This document shows positions 23,739 to 24,737 of a stretch of 24,737 nucleotides of DNA, piece by piece. Position 1 is the stretch's first letter. Each line of letters begins with the position of its first letter. The translations under genes were made by a program, and so were the position numbers. Location of the stretch: the IMG/VR virus record IMGVR_UViG_3300026280_000003; one strand, written 5' to 3'. The stretch comes from a virus. The notes beneath the pieces were generated by a model, which did no database searches, had not been told where the DNA came from, and saw nothing but the letters and a program-made list of their open reading frames with translations.

Positions 23739-24737
23739 ACGATCACCCTTTCAACGTGCGGTTTCACGTTTTGGCGATTCTGGTAGACCGCGTATCTGAG
23801 CGCGTCCATAGCGTGGTCCATAAATTTGACTGGTTCATCGAGTGGGTTGCCGTTTCGGTCTTCTTTCCATTTGTAGTTGCGAATCTCTTTTAGTGTATTC
23901 ACACAATGTTCGCTTATGTAGATTGTCCTGCGTTTCAGAAAATCTATGCCCGCTTTGACATCTTTCAAAGCGGGTTGGATGTTGAAGCCCGCGCGTCTGA
24001 TTTCTTCGATTCTTGCGGGTTCCGAAGAGTCAGCGAAAATTGGCGCATTGCGCTCCCGCACGAATTGCTTCAGTAAGTCAATCAACTCTGCGTTTGTTAG
24101 CTTCGTCTTATAGAGTTCGTCGAGCACCCACACGTTTTGGTCTTTGATGCCAACCTTCAGGACCACAGTGGGGTTGTTGAAACCGAAGTCGATTCCGTAT
24201 CTGATTTCGTCAAATTCGCTCGGCGCGTCTTTCACAACACGATAGTTCGTGAAGATCAGGTTTTCGGGTGTTGCAAATCTACCTTCCGCGTAGATCTCGT
24301 AGAATGTTTTGTCTTCGTTTTTTAGTGCTTCTAACTGTCTTATGTACTCCTCATCAAGGAAGGGATTGTCCCGATACGTCGTATGCAAGATCATAGCGCT
24401 TGGGTTCTGACGCTCAAAAAAGAGCTTGTACGTCCAGTTATGCACAGAAACGGGGTTGAATGCCAAAATTATTTGATTCGGAATCAGCCAACCTTTACGG
24501 CTTCTCACTTGCGGGCGTCGTAGCCTGAGCTTTAAGATTCTATAATCTTGTTCGTCGAACTCAGTCGCTTCTTCCATCCACACAATGTTAAATTCAGCGC
24601 TTTTGATCTTCTCAGGATCGTCCATTCCTCTGAAGTAGATACGAGAGCCGTCGAGCAGGCTCAGAATTTGTTCCGCTCTTTGTTCGAAGAAGTAAACATT
24701 GTTCGTGCTCAAAATTTCCTTGACGAGCTCCAATGCG
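23735..24737 (-). CDS. terL: Terminase large subunit, C-terminal segment (Walker B and nuclease domain)
   Basis: ORF track 23735..24733; IVWMEEATEFD Walker B-like motif and a C-terminal nuclease-like region (GIDFGF...); sits directly upstream of the portal-position gene. Confidence 0.85.
   Translation of the reverse strand, partial: ALELVKEILSTNNVYFFEQRAEQILSLLDGSRIYFRGMDDPEKIKSAEFNIVWMEEATEFDEQDYRILKLRLRRPQVRSRKGWLIPNQIILAFNPVSVHNWTYKLFFERQNPSAMILHTTYRDNPFLDEEYIRQLEALKNEDKTFYEIYAEGRFATPENLIFTNYRVVKDAPSEFDEIRYGIDFGFNNPTVVLKVGIKDQNVWVLDELYKTKLTNAELIDLLKQFVRERNAPIFADSSEPARIEEIRRAGFNIQPALKDVKAGIDFLKRRTIYISEHCVNTLKEIRNYKWKEDRNGNPLDEPVKFMDHAMDALRYAVYQNRQNVKPHVERVIV
24639..24737. repeat. Second copy of the 99-bp terminal repeat (identical to 1-99)
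   Basis: Exact identity with bases 1-99. Confidence 0.9.

Noticed and set aside
1-24737. Looked for integrase, repressor, attachment sites, tRNA/rRNA genes and a reverse transcriptase
   Set aside because: No tyrosine- or serine-recombinase motifs, no lambda-CI-like protein, no tRNA-like cloverleaf region and no reverse-transcriptase motif were recognised; the terminal repeat is better explained as a circular-assembly overlap than as attachment sites.

Overview
The window is a complete, compact tailed-phage (siphovirus-like) genome of about 24.6 kb, captured as a circular or terminally redundant contig: bases 1-99 are identical to bases 24639-24737, and the large terminase gene runs across that junction. 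Nearly all genes are on the minus strand and tightly packed, many with ATGA stop/start overlaps and GGAGG-type ribosome-binding sites. Reading 5'->3' on the minus strand from the single control region at about 5460-5680: (1) an early recombination/replication module (Hjc-type resolvase, small ORFs, a possible single-strand annealing protein, a RecA-fold Walker A/B ATPase with a C-terminal winged helix, then an iteron/palindrome/AT-rich putative origin at about 2130-2400); (2) a chain of tiny early ORFs; (3) TerS and TerL; (4) a Mu-like head module (portal, Mu-F-like head morphogenesis protein, gpI-like protease/scaffold, major capsid, completion proteins); (5) a non-contractile tail module (major tail protein, chaperone, 612-aa tape measure, six tail-tip/fibre candidates); (6) a calcineurin-like metallophosphoesterase; (7) an unusually elaborate lysis cassette (SLT-type lytic transglycosylase coupled to an HExxH protein, four small membrane/coiled-coil proteins, and a transglutaminase-like cysteine peptidase). 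The only plus-strand genes are a three-gene cassette (5684-6693) of unrecognised proteins, driven from an operator-like promoter and closed by a bidirectional terminator; with the metallophosphoesterase it is the most likely location of undescribed biology. No integrase, repressor, tRNA, rRNA or CRISPR array was seen. All calls rest on reading motifs and ORF context by eye; no database search was possible. Coordinates of hand-derived features (small ORFs, hairpins, repeats) may be off by 1-2 bases, because the printed sequence and the ORF track disagree by one base near 3840.
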